The notes under the pieces are model-generated. The model was not told the origin of the DNA. It searched no databases and saw only the letters and a program-made list of their open reading frames with translations. This document shows positions 28,459-38,651 of a DNA stretch of 64,000 nt, piece after piece. This DNA comes from Promethearchaeota archaeon Loki_b31. Lineage in GTDB: Archaea > Asgardarchaeota > Lokiarchaeia > Sigyniarchaeales > SOKP01. The DNA lies in contig NJBI01000002.1 in the NCBI GenBank assembly GCA_005222975.1, positions 71,475 to 135,474 on the forward strand. The letters are read 5' to 3'. How positions within the stretch are numbered: position 1 is the first letter of the stretch; each line of letters opens with the position of its first letter. The position numbers and the translations under genes were made by a program.

Positions 28459-31367
28459 CTGATATTTCGCGTCTTTTCTTTAAGCTCGATTAACTTTTTC
28501 ATGGCATCGATTGGAGTCATAGAGTTAATATCGATGTCCTCGATTTTTCTAATTAGCTCTTCAATATTTTCGTTATCCGCGCTTTCTTTCAATACAATTG
28601 GTTTAAAAAAAGTAGTTTGCACAATTTTTTTTTCCTTTTTAATACTAATTTCTGGTTTGGTAGTGGTCTCTGACTGATACTTAAGGTTTGTTAGTTGTTC
28701 TTTCTTTTTCTCAACTTCAAATTTTTTTTGTCCTAATTCCCTCTCCTTTTTAATTAGTTCGGCTTCGCACTTATTTAACTCTCGCTGTCTTACATCAAAG
28801 TCTAAATTCAAATGTTCTAGCGCTTTCTTTTTCTCTTGAATAAATTTGTCGTAATATTTGTTAGTTAATCTTCCATTACCATTTTCTTCTACTGTAGCTT
28901 TAAAGGGATCTTTTTCCTCGATTTGGTTTAAAATTTCAAACGCTCTTATAATAACGTCATCTGGGATTCCTGCTAGCTTCGCAATGTGAATTCCATACGA
29001 TTTATCAGTGCTTCCTGGTTGTAATTTTCGAATGAAATTAATGCTTCCATCGTCATTTTCGATAATGTCTAAATGATAATTTTTTATTCTTGGTAGATTT
29101 ATCTCAGTTAATTGGTGATAGTGAGTACTAAATAGCGTCTTTGCCTTTAATTCGTGTAATTTTTCGAGAGTTGCTAAAGCGATACTTTGACCGTCACTAG
29201 TGCTCGTGCCTCTTCCAAGTTCGTCTATTATAACTAGGCTTTTCTTCGTCACAAAATTTAATATCTTAGCCGTTTCAGTCATTTCTATCATAAATGTGCT
29301 TAATTTCCTCGCTAAATCATCAGACGCGCCTATACGTGTGAAAATCTGATCAATAACACCTATAGTAGCAGATTTGGCTGGGACAAAACACCCCATTTGA
29401 GCAATAATACAGATTAAGGCAACTTGTCGAAGATATGTGGATTTCCCTGCCATATTCGGCCCAGTAATCATTAAAATTTGCTCATTATCCGTATCTAAAT
29501 AACAATCGTTAGGAATAAATTTTTCAGATAATCTTATTTGCTCAACAACGGGATGTCTTCCCTCCTTAATCGTAATTTTACCTTCGTTATTGATTTTTGG
29601 GCGACAGTAGTCGTATTTTTCTGCAACTTCTGCAAAACAAGCAAGAACATCAATATATGCTATTTTTTTAGCAGTTTCTAAGATTTTTAATGTTTCTCTT
29701 ACTATCTTTTCTCTAATTGTACAGAATATTTCATATTCCAAATCGTTTATCTGTTCTTCCGCTTGAACAATCTTTTCTTCTAGCTCTTTTAGTTTTTTTG
29801 TGGTGTATCTTTTCGCATTTTTGAGAGTTTGGCGTTCAATGTATTCTTCTGGAATTTTTGTGATATATCTTAGCGTTTTTAAAGTAATTTGTATATAATA
29901 TCCAAGAATGTTATTATGTCCCACTTTAAAACCTGAATTTACTTTCCATCTATCTCTCTGCTGTTTTTCGTAATCTAGAACATATTTTTTACCATTCTGG
30001 AGGATATCTCTTAATTCATCAATTTTTTCGTTAAATCCTGCCTTTATCAAGTGCCCCTCTTTGACTGTGGGTGGTGCGTCGTCTTTTATAGAGACTTCTA
30101 TTACACTTCTAGCTTCTCTAAAATCATCAATTTTATCGATGAATTTTGAGACTTCCGGAATTTTAGATTTTTCTAGTATCTTTTTAATTTTAGGAATTTT
30201 TTCCAAAGAATTTTTTAAGTTAATTAAGTCGCGAGCATTGGAATTTCGAGAGTAATTAATTCGGTTTACAAACCTTTCAAGATCACCAATAACTTTTAGT
30301 TCTTCCCTTAATTCAGACCTTAAGAAAACATCGTCCTTAAATTTTTGAACTATATTAATTCTTTGATTTATCTCATTTATGTCTGTTAAAGGTTGAAGGA
30401 TAATTTTTTTTAACAAACGAGCGCCCATAGGTGTATGAGTCTGATTAAAAATTGAATACAATGTTGTATCCTTCCCCTTTTCCCAAAGTGAGCTAATTAA
30501 TTCTAAATTTCTTTGAGTAATATAATCTAAGTGTAAAACTTTTTCTTCACGAATGAGATTTATTTTAAAAAGATTAGGAATTACATCCCTTTGAGTTTCT
30601 TTTAAAAAAGCTAATAAACCACCAGAAGCTTGAACCGCCATTTCACAATTTTCTAAATCAAAACTATTTAAATTGGAAATGTTAAAATGTCGTTTAATTA
30701 AATCACGCGCTTCGTCATAATTAAACACATAATCTTCGTAAGATTTAATCAAAGCATCGTTTAAATCGGTTAATAATAGAAAGAGATGTTCGTCCTTCTT
30801 TAATTCCGTAGGTACTATAACTTCAACGGGGTTATATTGAGAGAAGATGCTTAGTATTTTTTCTAGTGGATCTTGTCCACTCTTAAAAAATTCCGTTGTA
30901 ACGAATTCGCCCGTTGAGAGATCAGCGAAAGCGATTCCGAATCCCTTTCTTTCTTTAACAATAGAACAAATATAGTTGTTTTCGTTTGATTTAAGCATAT
31001 CTGGCTCGATAACAGTGCCCGGGGATAATATTCTAACGACACCTCGTTTAACTATTCTTCCTTTTACTGTGGTGGGGTCCTCTAATTGTTCGACAATTAC
31101 TACTGTTTCTCCTAAGTTAATTAAATTATTTAAATAAGAGCCGGCGTGATGTGGTATCCCCGCTAAGGGATATGAATCTGATCCAATTTTTCTTTTTGTC
31201 AATGTTATTCCTAAGAGATTTGAAACTCGAACGGCATCGTCGTAGAAAAACTCGTAAAAATCTCCCATACGATAAGCCAATATTGTATCTGGGTATTTCT
31301 TTTTAACAGAATACCAATGTTGCATCATTGGAGTGAGTTCTTTAAATTTAATATCTTCAAAAGGCAT
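28455..31367 (-). CDS. mutS: DNA mismatch repair protein MutS
   Basis: TPMMQ, GDFYEFF, TGPNMAGKST, STFMIEM, DELGRGT, SYGIHIA. Confidence 0.97.
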   Translation of the reverse strand: MPFEDIKFKELTPMMQHWYSVKKKYPDTILAYRMGDFYEFFYDDAVRVSNLLGITLTKRKIGSDSYPLAGIPHHAGSYLNNLINLGETVVIVEQLEDPTTVKGRIVKRGVVRILSPGTVIEPDMLKSNENNYICSIVKERKGFGIAFADLSTGEFVTTEFFKSGQDPLEKILSIFSQYNPVEVIVPTELKKDEHLFLLLTDLNDALIKSYEDYVFNYDEARDLIKRHFNISNLNSFDLENCEMAVQASGGLLAFLKETQRDVIPNLFKINLIREEKVLHLDYITQRNLELISSLWEKGKDTTLYSIFNQTHTPMGARLLKKIILQPLTDINEINQRINIVQKFKDDVFLRSELREELKVIGDLERFVNRINYSRNSNARDLINLKNSLEKIPKIKKILEKSKIPEVSKFIDKIDDFREARSVIEVSIKDDAPPTVKEGHLIKAGFNEKIDELRDILQNGKKYVLDYEKQQRDRWKVNSGFKVGHNNILGYYIQITLKTLRYITKIPEEYIERQTLKNAKRYTTKKLKELEEKIVQAEEQINDLEYEIFCTIREKIVRETLKILETAKKIAYIDVLACFAEVAEKYDYCRPKINNEGKITIKEGRHPVVEQIRLSEKFIPNDCYLDTDNEQILMITGPNMAGKSTYLRQVALICIIAQMGCFVPAKSATIGVIDQIFTRIGASDDLARKLSTFMIEMTETAKILNFVTKKSLVIIDELGRGTSTSDGQSIALATLEKLHELKAKTLFSTHYHQLTEINLPRIKNYHLDIIENDDGSINFIRKLQPGSTDKSYGIHIAKLAGIPDDVIIRAFEILNQIEEKDPFKATVEENGNGRLTNKYYDKFIQEKKKALEHLNLDFDVRQRELNKCEAELIKKERELGQKKFEVEKKKEQLTNLKYQSETTTKPEISIKKEKKIVQTTFFKPIVLKESADNENIEELIRKIEDIDINSMTPIDAMKKLIELKEKTRNIS

Positions 31368-31553
31368 TTTATGGTGAATTATATTACTTTCCTATAACTA
31401 ACAAATAACTTAATTTAAAATTATTAGTTTTTAATAGGAATAAATTCTAATTATTAGTTTTTTAATAAATAAAAAAAAAAGGAGATATTAGATTTTTAAG
31501 ACTTTTTTCTCAAGCGTTAACTCGTAAGCTTCTTGCATAGTCTCTTAATAAAT

Positions 31554-31577
31554 ATCAATTTCAAATTTGAAATTGAT
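31554..31577. repeat. perfect 24-bp palindrome
   Basis: ATCAATTTCAAATTTGAAATTGAT equals its own reverse complement. Confidence 0.8.
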
Positions 31578-31682
31578 TTGCGCTGCGATTGATATTTCCT
31601 TTTCGTCTAAACTCAAGGCGCACTTAAATTAATTTTTAAATCCGCTAAGAAAATTTATATTAAACATATCTTTTTTTAAACC

Positions 31683-32471
31683 ATGGATAGTCAAGAAGAT
31701 ATAATTTTATACGAAGTAAAGGGACATATTGCTACAATAACGATTAATCGCCCAGACAAAGCACACGCTTTCAATGTCGAAATGTTGCAACTAATGCATA
31801 CGAACTTACTACAAGCGGATAAGAATGAGAACGTTAAATGTATTATTATAAAGAGCACAGGGGAGAGATTTTTTTCTGCGGGTTATGACCTTAAGGAGAT
31901 ACAAGGATCTCCCGAAAATATAGAAAAAATAAAAACATGGGGCAGAAAGATCACCTATACGATGCTTTTCATGAAAAAAACCATTATTACTCAAGTACAA
32001 GGAATTGCAATCGGTTTTGGTGTTTTAATGATTCTCGCATCTGACCTTAGAATTTTTGCTGATAGACCAAAAGAAGAGCTGTATATAAGGCTTCCAGAAC
32101 TAGCTATTTCTGCATTTCCTCAGACTGGAGCAACACTCTTGCCTTTATTGGCCTTTGGATTAAGTTACGCTAAATATCTGCTTTATTCTGCTGATAAAGT
32201 CGGGATTGAAGAATTGAAAAACATCAATTTTCCAACACGAATATTTCCACTTGAAACCTTGGAAGCTGGAACCCGTTCATTTGTAAAACAATTAACTAAA
32301 TATCAAACAGAATTTTTACTCTTTCCAAAAATGATGCTAAACATCATGAATAAGGCATATATTAAATCGTGTTTCGATTTAGAAGATGAATGTGGAAAAA
32401 TTACCGATGAAAAGAAGACAATGAAAGAATTGGATGAAATTATAAAAGAATTATACAAAAAATATCCATAA
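31683..32471 (+). CDS. enoyl-CoA hydratase/isomerase (crotonase) family protein
   Basis: ITINRPDKAHAF, FSAGYDL, GIAIGFG...ASDLR, LPE. Confidence 0.88.
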   Translation: MDSQEDIILYEVKGHIATITINRPDKAHAFNVEMLQLMHTNLLQADKNENVKCIIIKSTGERFFSAGYDLKEIQGSPENIEKIKTWGRKITYTMLFMKKTIITQVQGIAIGFGVLMILASDLRIFADRPKEELYIRLPELAISAFPQTGATLLPLLAFGLSYAKYLLYSADKVGIEELKNINFPTRIFPLETLEAGTRSFVKQLTKYQTEFLLFPKMMLNIMNKAYIKSCFDLEDECGKITDEKKTMKELDEIIKELYKKYP

Positions 32472-32473
32472 CT

Positions 32474-33343
32474 CTATTTTATATTTTTGTTATTTTTTTT
32501 AATGTGTTTTTCTAACCAAACATACATATCTCGAAAAACTTGCGCTTTTCCTTTTTCATTCCATAGTTCATGAAGAAACCCATCGTATTCCCTATAAGTC
32601 TTGTCTTTACTTTTTATTTTTTCAAAGAATTCTTTAGTCGTTCCTTTTTCTACCATTTTATCTTTTCCAGCTTGCATAATGAATGTTGGGCATAGTAAAT
32701 TAGAAGCGTTTTCCATCGCCCATTTCATAGCTCTTTCCATTTCAGCAGCAGATCTCAAGGAGATTTTTTCCAATTTTTTATCATCTGAAATGTGTTTGCG
32801 TAAAATTTTGATATCACTAGTTAAAAGGTTTTGTTCAATCACCATTTCTACAGTTTTAGTTGGAGAAATTTTAGAAATCGGTCCGGCGATTTTTTTACCC
32901 AATTTTTTACTAAACGACAAGTTTACAGCAAATCTTAATAAAGGAGATGATACTAATACACCAGGTAATGCTGGATGATTAGCCGCAAAAACTAAGGCAA
33001 TTAATCCACCGAACGAATGCCCCATTAAAAAGACTTTTTTATCTCCAGAGGTTTTTTTTACTAAATCCATAAAAAGAACAATATCTTTTTGAATATGAAC
33101 CATACTATCGATATGTCCGGGGTTGTTGTCGGCATTTCTCCAATGTCCTCTAATATCAAACGCATACACAGCGTATCCATTTTCCGTTAAAAATTCTGCG
33201 GGTACCTCCATTCTGTCTGAATGAGTCCCCCAACCATGTAGAGCTATTATATATGCTTTAATATTACTCGAATCTGGTAGCCAGTACTGATAAAATAATC
33301 TTTTAGTCTCTCTACCTTCAAAATAACCTTTTTTATTAATCAT
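32474..33343 (-). CDS. lysophospholipase/monoacylglycerol lipase-like alpha/beta hydrolase
   Basis: LHGWGTH, DIRGH, GHSFGG, HELWNE. Confidence 0.88.
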   Translation of the reverse strand: MINKKGYFEGRETKRLFYQYWLPDSSNIKAYIIALHGWGTHSDRMEVPAEFLTENGYAVYAFDIRGHWRNADNNPGHIDSMVHIQKDIVLFMDLVKKTSGDKKVFLMGHSFGGLIALVFAANHPALPGVLVSSPLLRFAVNLSFSKKLGKKIAGPISKISPTKTVEMVIEQNLLTSDIKILRKHISDDKKLEKISLRSAAEMERAMKWAMENASNLLCPTFIMQAGKDKMVEKGTTKEFFEKIKSKDKTYREYDGFLHELWNEKGKAQVFRDMYVWLEKHIKKNNKNIK

Positions 33344-33544
33344 AATTACTTGCTCGTTGAATAAATTTGAAATGAATACACTTATTATGGTTTATAATCT
33401 TTTAACTTTTTATCATATTTGAAGTCATTTAATAAGTCTGATAGCCATAAAACTAAAATTGACAAAAGTTTTTAATTTTGATAAACTCTTTAAATAGTAA
33501 GATTAATTCATAATTATAATGTTTAACCATATTAGGCTTTTAAT

Positions 33545-34132
33545 ATGAGCGAATTGGAACTGATAAAAATTGTTTTACACGGGAGAGGGGGTATGGGTGC
33601 AGTTACTGCTTGTGAGATAATAGCTGAAGCAGCATACTTAAGTGGTAATTTCATTGATGTCCAAGCATATCCTTCGTTCGGTGCTGAGAGAAGAGGTGCC
33701 CCTGTTCAAGCGTATGTAAAATTATCCCGAACAGAAAAAGTATACGATCGCGCTCAAATTGAAAACCCAAATATTTTAATCGTATTCGATGAGACTGTTT
33801 TAACTAAAGAAGTGGCATCGTCTTTGGAAAGCAACGGAATTTTTATAATAAATTCTGATAAAAATCCAGAATATTTTGTTAAAGAATATCATCTTAGTAG
33901 CAACATAAAAGTGATTGTTGCGGATATTAATAATTTAGCACTTGAAAAAAATTTAACGATAGATGGAAACCCTGTAATAAATACACCAATTTTAGGTTTG
34001 CTCTCAAAAGCATTACCAGACCTGCACTTAGAAAATCTAAAAGATGTGGTTTTGAAAAAATTAGGAGAAAAATTAGGAAACCTTAACTACGATTTAATTG
34101 AGCAAGGTTTTAACATGGCAAAAATATTATAA
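33545..34132 (+). CDS. porC: 2-oxoacid:ferredoxin oxidoreductase gamma subunit
   Basis: HGRGGMGAVTA, FGAERRGAPV, NTPILG. Confidence 0.92.
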   Translation: MSELELIKIVLHGRGGMGAVTACEIIAEAAYLSGNFIDVQAYPSFGAERRGAPVQAYVKLSRTEKVYDRAQIENPNILIVFDETVLTKEVASSLESNGIFIINSDKNPEYFVKEYHLSSNIKVIVADINNLALEKNLTIDGNPVINTPILGLLSKALPDLHLENLKDVVLKKLGEKLGNLNYDLIEQGFNMAKIL

Positions 34133-34156
34133 GATACATTTTTCAAAATACACATT

Positions 34157-36802
34157 TTAAGATATTGGTAGTTTTACGATAAATGTACTCCCCTTATTTC
34201 TTCCTTCTGATTCCGCTCGAATTTCACCTTCGTGCAAACCTACTATCTCTTTTGAGATATATAATCCTAACCCTGTGCCTTGGATGTCGATATATTCATA
34301 ACCCTCGCCATACCGTTCTATTTTACCAAACCTAGTGAATATGAAATCCATTTCCTCTTGGGTAAGACCTATCCCTGTATCGTTAATAGAGATTTCAGCC
34401 CAATTTCCCTTTTTTTTTAAAACTATCTTTATGTCCCCCTTTGGAGGTGTATTTTTTATAGCATTGGATAATAAATTCATGATTACTTGTTCAATCCTAA
34501 TTTTATCCATTTTCAAAAAAAGGCTCTCAGGAAGCGTAAGGTTTAAATTAGTTTTTCTCTCTCTTAATAAAAACATTAATTCTTTTGAGACATCCCTAAT
34601 AAGTTCGCTCAGATCGTTGGATTCTTTTTGTAATTTGAATTTACTATATTCAATTCTAGAGATATCAATTAAATTATCGACTAAATGTTTTAACCTTTTA
34701 CCCCCCTTTTCAATAAGTTCTATTAACTCTAATTCCTCTTTACTTAATTTTTCTCCATACAGGGTTAAAAGGAGTTCACAACCTCCACTAATTGAAACGA
34801 GAGGTGTTTTTAATTCGTGCGAAACTCTCGAAATTAAATTTTTTCTAAGCTGATCAAGTTCCTTCAATTTTTTTAATTCCTCATCAACAAGGAACTCAGC
34901 TTCTTTTTTTTTAGTGATATCTGTAAATAACGCTTGAACATATGTTTCATCCCTGATATTCATCAGAGCTGCTTGAAGATTTGCCCAAAAAATCGTCCCA
35001 TTCTTTCTTTGTATTTGAATATCTATTCGATGCATTTTTTCTCCTTTTACAAACTTTTTAAAAAGTGCGAAAATTGTTGATAAGTAATCTGGATGTATTA
35101 TTGAAAGATCCATAAACCCTTTACCAATTATTTCGTCTATCTTATAACCAAACATTACTTCGGTTGTTGGATTAGCATCTACAACGACACCTTGTGAATT
35201 AATTAATACTACTGAAAAAGGCGTGTTCTCATAGATGTTACGATATTTTCTCTCTGATTCTTTTAATTTTTGTTCGGTAATTTTTCGTTCCGTAATATTT
35301 ACAACAGTAACTAAGTTCGCATTTCGTCCTCTAAATAAAATTGTTTTAGAGAAATTATCTAACCAAATAATTTTTTTAGATTTATTTATTAGGCGATATT
35401 GATAATAATTTTTTATGTCATTTGAACCCAATTGTTTCTTTTTAGCTTTTTCTATTACCCAATCCCTATCATCTGGATGAATTACGCTTGCAAACCAACC
35501 AGGTTCCCAATTCTTTACTTCTTCGATTGTATATCCTATTAGATCAGCGAATTGTTTATTAATGTATTTAACCAAATCATCTTGTATTACACATATGCCC
35601 AATAACGATTGTTCGGCTATAGATCTGAATTTTTCTTCAGATTCTCTCAATTCTTGCTCCAAATTGTATTTTTCTGTAATGTCGATAAAAGTTCCTTCAA
35701 TACCAAACGGATTTCCTTCTTTATCAAGCATTAAATGAGAATTTAATTGGACAACAACTTTTTTACCTTCTTTAGTTAGGGATGGGCAGATGTAATTCTT
35801 AGCATAACTATCTTTTAATATCTGCTTTAAATAATTATCTCGATCTTCAGGAAATTGCCAAAAATCTGTTACTTTTTTGCCTATATGGCTCTCTGTTTGA
35901 TCATATTCTAAAATCTTATTATGGGCGGGATTATGGTTTATCATCGTTCCATCTAAAGCAACTTGATAAAAACCAACATCTAGATTATTAATCATATCGC
36001 GATATTTAAGTTCAGATTCCTTTAGTTTCTCTTCTGCCTTTTTTCTTTCCGTTATATCTTCTGTGCGCACAATTATTAAATCAGGATCGACGTAACCGTA
36101 ATTTACTAATAAATATTTCTCATCTTTCGAGAAACTATATCTATACTTCATTTCTCTCGTAATATGAGTTTTTTCATTCATACATAGATGTAAATCGTTC
36201 AAAATATCGGGACGATCTTTATACATTTCAAATGCGTTAGTTCCTAAAAAAGTTTCTACATTCCCTTGAGTTATTTTATCTGCGGCGTTATTAAAATCAA
36301 TGAAAACAAAATCATCTCCTATTTTTCTCCAAGTATAAGCAGGAATTGGACCTTCCTTAAATAAAGCTTTGAACATTTCTGCTGATTCTTTTAATTTTTG
36401 TGCTGTTTTTTTCCGTTTGGTGATGTTTTTGGCTATTCCTAATATTCCGTACATTCTACCATTTTTTTTTAAGGGAATGCCGTATGTTTCGATAAATATA
36501 TAATCGCCCGTTTTTGTTTTAAGCTTGTATTCCCTCTTGGCAGATTGTTTCCCCGTTTTTGTTATTTCCTTCAATGTGTTATATGCCTTAATCAAATTAT
36601 CTCTGTCAAGCAAATCAGTAAAAGTCAAATTAAGAATGTCCTTCCTTTCATAACCGAGAGAAATTAAAGTTAATTCATTTGCATCAAGAAAATTACCGTT
36701 TAAATCATTTACATAAATTAAATCCAAAGAGTGTTCAAATAAATCCTTGAATTTTTCTCTAACTTCTTCTTTATTATAATCTATATCCATATCCATCACC
36801 AA
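34157..36802 (-). CDS. cytoplasmic multi-PAS sensor histidine kinase
   Basis: About five PAS-like repeats ending in [DN]ITxxK; SHELKTPL H-box; NLLSNAIK, DTGIG, GTGLGL. Confidence 0.93.
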   Translation of the reverse strand: MVMDMDIDYNKEEVREKFKDLFEHSLDLIYVNDLNGNFLDANELTLISLGYERKDILNLTFTDLLDRDNLIKAYNTLKEITKTGKQSAKREYKLKTKTGDYIFIETYGIPLKKNGRMYGILGIAKNITKRKKTAQKLKESAEMFKALFKEGPIPAYTWRKIGDDFVFIDFNNAADKITQGNVETFLGTNAFEMYKDRPDILNDLHLCMNEKTHITREMKYRYSFSKDEKYLLVNYGYVDPDLIIVRTEDITERKKAEEKLKESELKYRDMINNLDVGFYQVALDGTMINHNPAHNKILEYDQTESHIGKKVTDFWQFPEDRDNYLKQILKDSYAKNYICPSLTKEGKKVVVQLNSHLMLDKEGNPFGIEGTFIDITEKYNLEQELRESEEKFRSIAEQSLLGICVIQDDLVKYINKQFADLIGYTIEEVKNWEPGWFASVIHPDDRDWVIEKAKKKQLGSNDIKNYYQYRLINKSKKIIWLDNFSKTILFRGRNANLVTVVNITERKITEQKLKESERKYRNIYENTPFSVVLINSQGVVVDANPTTEVMFGYKIDEIIGKGFMDLSIIHPDYLSTIFALFKKFVKGEKMHRIDIQIQRKNGTIFWANLQAALMNIRDETYVQALFTDITKKKEAEFLVDEELKKLKELDQLRKNLISRVSHELKTPLVSISGGCELLLTLYGEKLSKEELELIELIEKGGKRLKHLVDNLIDISRIEYSKFKLQKESNDLSELIRDVSKELMFLLRERKTNLNLTLPESLFLKMDKIRIEQVIMNLLSNAIKNTPPKGDIKIVLKKKGNWAEISINDTGIGLTQEEMDFIFTRFGKIERYGEGYEYIDIQGTGLGLYISKEIVGLHEGEIRAESEGRNKGSTFIVKLPIS

Positions 36803-37053
36803 AAGAACTGATATTTATTCGTAATTTATGTTATTTTCTAAAGAGATAATGAAATTGTTGAATATAAATTTCTTTCTTTTTCGAAAGACTAACATTTTTT
36901 TTTAATAATATTGTATGAGTATATTAATCGCCTTTTCTTAGATAATTTCTTTGAGTTCTATTGAATAGCCCTATTTTAATTAATCGGAAGAGTTTTATTT
37001 CAATAGTTATTAATTTTTATATTGGCTTTTATTCATTAATTTGTGTGATATCT

Positions 37054-37353
37054 ATGGCTAATACGAAAAAGGATTATCAAAAAATCTTAGGTTCCGTTCA
37101 AAAACCCGTAAAGGGAGAAGCTGGGAAAACGGGCACATGGAGCCCTAAAAAACCCGTAATTGATTTAGAAAAATGTATTCCGGCAAAATCGGGAAAACCT
37201 AGCTGTTTTAATTGTTGGTTATATTGTCCAGAAGCAGTAGTATCTAGGACTATTCCTCCTAAAATAGATTTAGAATATTGTAAAGGATGTGGAATTTGCA
37301 TGGAAGAATGTCCTGTAAATGCAATTAAAATGGTTGAGGTGAAAATTAAATGA
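37054..37353 (+). CDS. porD: 2-oxoacid:ferredoxin oxidoreductase delta subunit
   Basis: TGTW..KKP, CWLYCPE, YCKGCGICMEECP; start taken at MANTKK. Confidence 0.9.
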   Translation: MANTKKDYQKILGSVQKPVKGEAGKTGTWSPKKPVIDLEKCIPAKSGKPSCFNCWLYCPEAVVSRTIPPKIDLEYCKGCGICMEECPVNAIKMVEVKIK

Positions 37354-38645
37354 CAATTACAGAAAAGAAATCTGATAAAATTAGTCATAAAATTAAGATT
37401 TTGACAGGAAACCATGCAGCAGCTCAAGCTCTCAGGCAAGCTAAAGTTGGCGTCGTTGCAGCTTACCCAATAACCCCCCAAAGTCCGGTCGTTGAAAAAA
37501 TAGCTGAATTTATTTCGAAAGGCAAAATGAATACTCGTTTTGTTAAAGTGGAATCAGAACATTCCGCATTAGCGGTTTGTTGCGCGGCTTCGGCTACAGG
37601 GTCAAGAGTTGGCACGGCAACATCTTCTCATGGATTAATGTTGATGTATGAAATGTTACCGTGGGCTGCGGGCAATAGATTACCAATAATAATAAATTTG
37701 GCAACTAGAGCAACAGGAGCTCCTTGGTCAGTTTGGACGGATCACCAAGACTTTATTACTATGCGTGATGTTGGTTGGATTCAAATGTTTTGCATGGACA
37801 ATCAAGAAATTTACGATACAAATATTCAAGCTTTTAGAATTGCGGAAGATCCAAGAGTTTTTCTTCCAACAGTGGTAGCTTATGATGGTTATATATTATC
37901 CCATACTATGATGCCCGTAATCCTAGAAAAACAAGAAGATATTGATGATTTTCTACCTCCTCTAAAACATCATATAAATTTATCAGATATGTCTCAAGTG
38001 AAGGGTATAGATCCTGTCACCACGCCTCATTTAATAGATCGGGGTGAAGAAGGAATCGCTCCAGGGTATTTTGAGTATAGATATGCGATGCAAAAAGCTC
38101 TTGAAAATTCAATTGATATTATTGTTGAAGTTCATGACAAATTTGCTGATAAATTTGGGCGCTCTTACGGAAATGGAATTTACAAGACACACTTAACTGA
38201 AGACGCGGATACTATTATTTTTGCAATGGGTTCAGTAGCTTCTCAAGCTCGAAATGTGATTAAAAAACTTCGAAAAGACGGGTTAAAAATTGGTTTAGTG
38301 AGCTTGAAGCTATTTAGACCGTTTCCCGTCTCGTATCTAAGAGAGTTTTTCAAAAATAAAAAGCAAGTCGTCGTTTTTGATAGGGATATTGGTTATGGAT
38401 ACGAAGGCGTGTTATCATACGAGTTGAAAGCTGCTTTATATGGTTTGAAAAATAGCCCCTTTATTAAAGGATTTATAGTAGGGTTAGGGGGTAGAGATAT
38501 TACTGATCAACATATTATAAAGGGCGTGTATAAAGTAATTGAAGAATCCGAAATAGGGATAATAACACATAAAACTGATTTTATTGGTTTAAGATTGGAA
38601 GAGTTAGGTGATTATGACGAATCAGAATATTTCAAAGGAGGTTAA
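37350..38645 (+). CDS. porA: 2-oxoacid:ferredoxin oxidoreductase alpha subunit
   Basis: AYPITPQ, VESEHSA, TATSSHG, GLGGRD. Confidence 0.93.
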   Translation: MTITEKKSDKISHKIKILTGNHAAAQALRQAKVGVVAAYPITPQSPVVEKIAEFISKGKMNTRFVKVESEHSALAVCCAASATGSRVGTATSSHGLMLMYEMLPWAAGNRLPIIINLATRATGAPWSVWTDHQDFITMRDVGWIQMFCMDNQEIYDTNIQAFRIAEDPRVFLPTVVAYDGYILSHTMMPVILEKQEDIDDFLPPLKHHINLSDMSQVKGIDPVTTPHLIDRGEEGIAPGYFEYRYAMQKALENSIDIIVEVHDKFADKFGRSYGNGIYKTHLTEDADTIIFAMGSVASQARNVIKKLRKDGLKIGLVSLKLFRPFPVSYLREFFKNKKQVVVFDRDIGYGYEGVLSYELKAALYGLKNSPFIKGFIVGLGGRDITDQHIIKGVYKVIEESEIGIITHKTDFIGLRLEELGDYDESEYFKGG

Positions 38646-38651
38646 GATATA

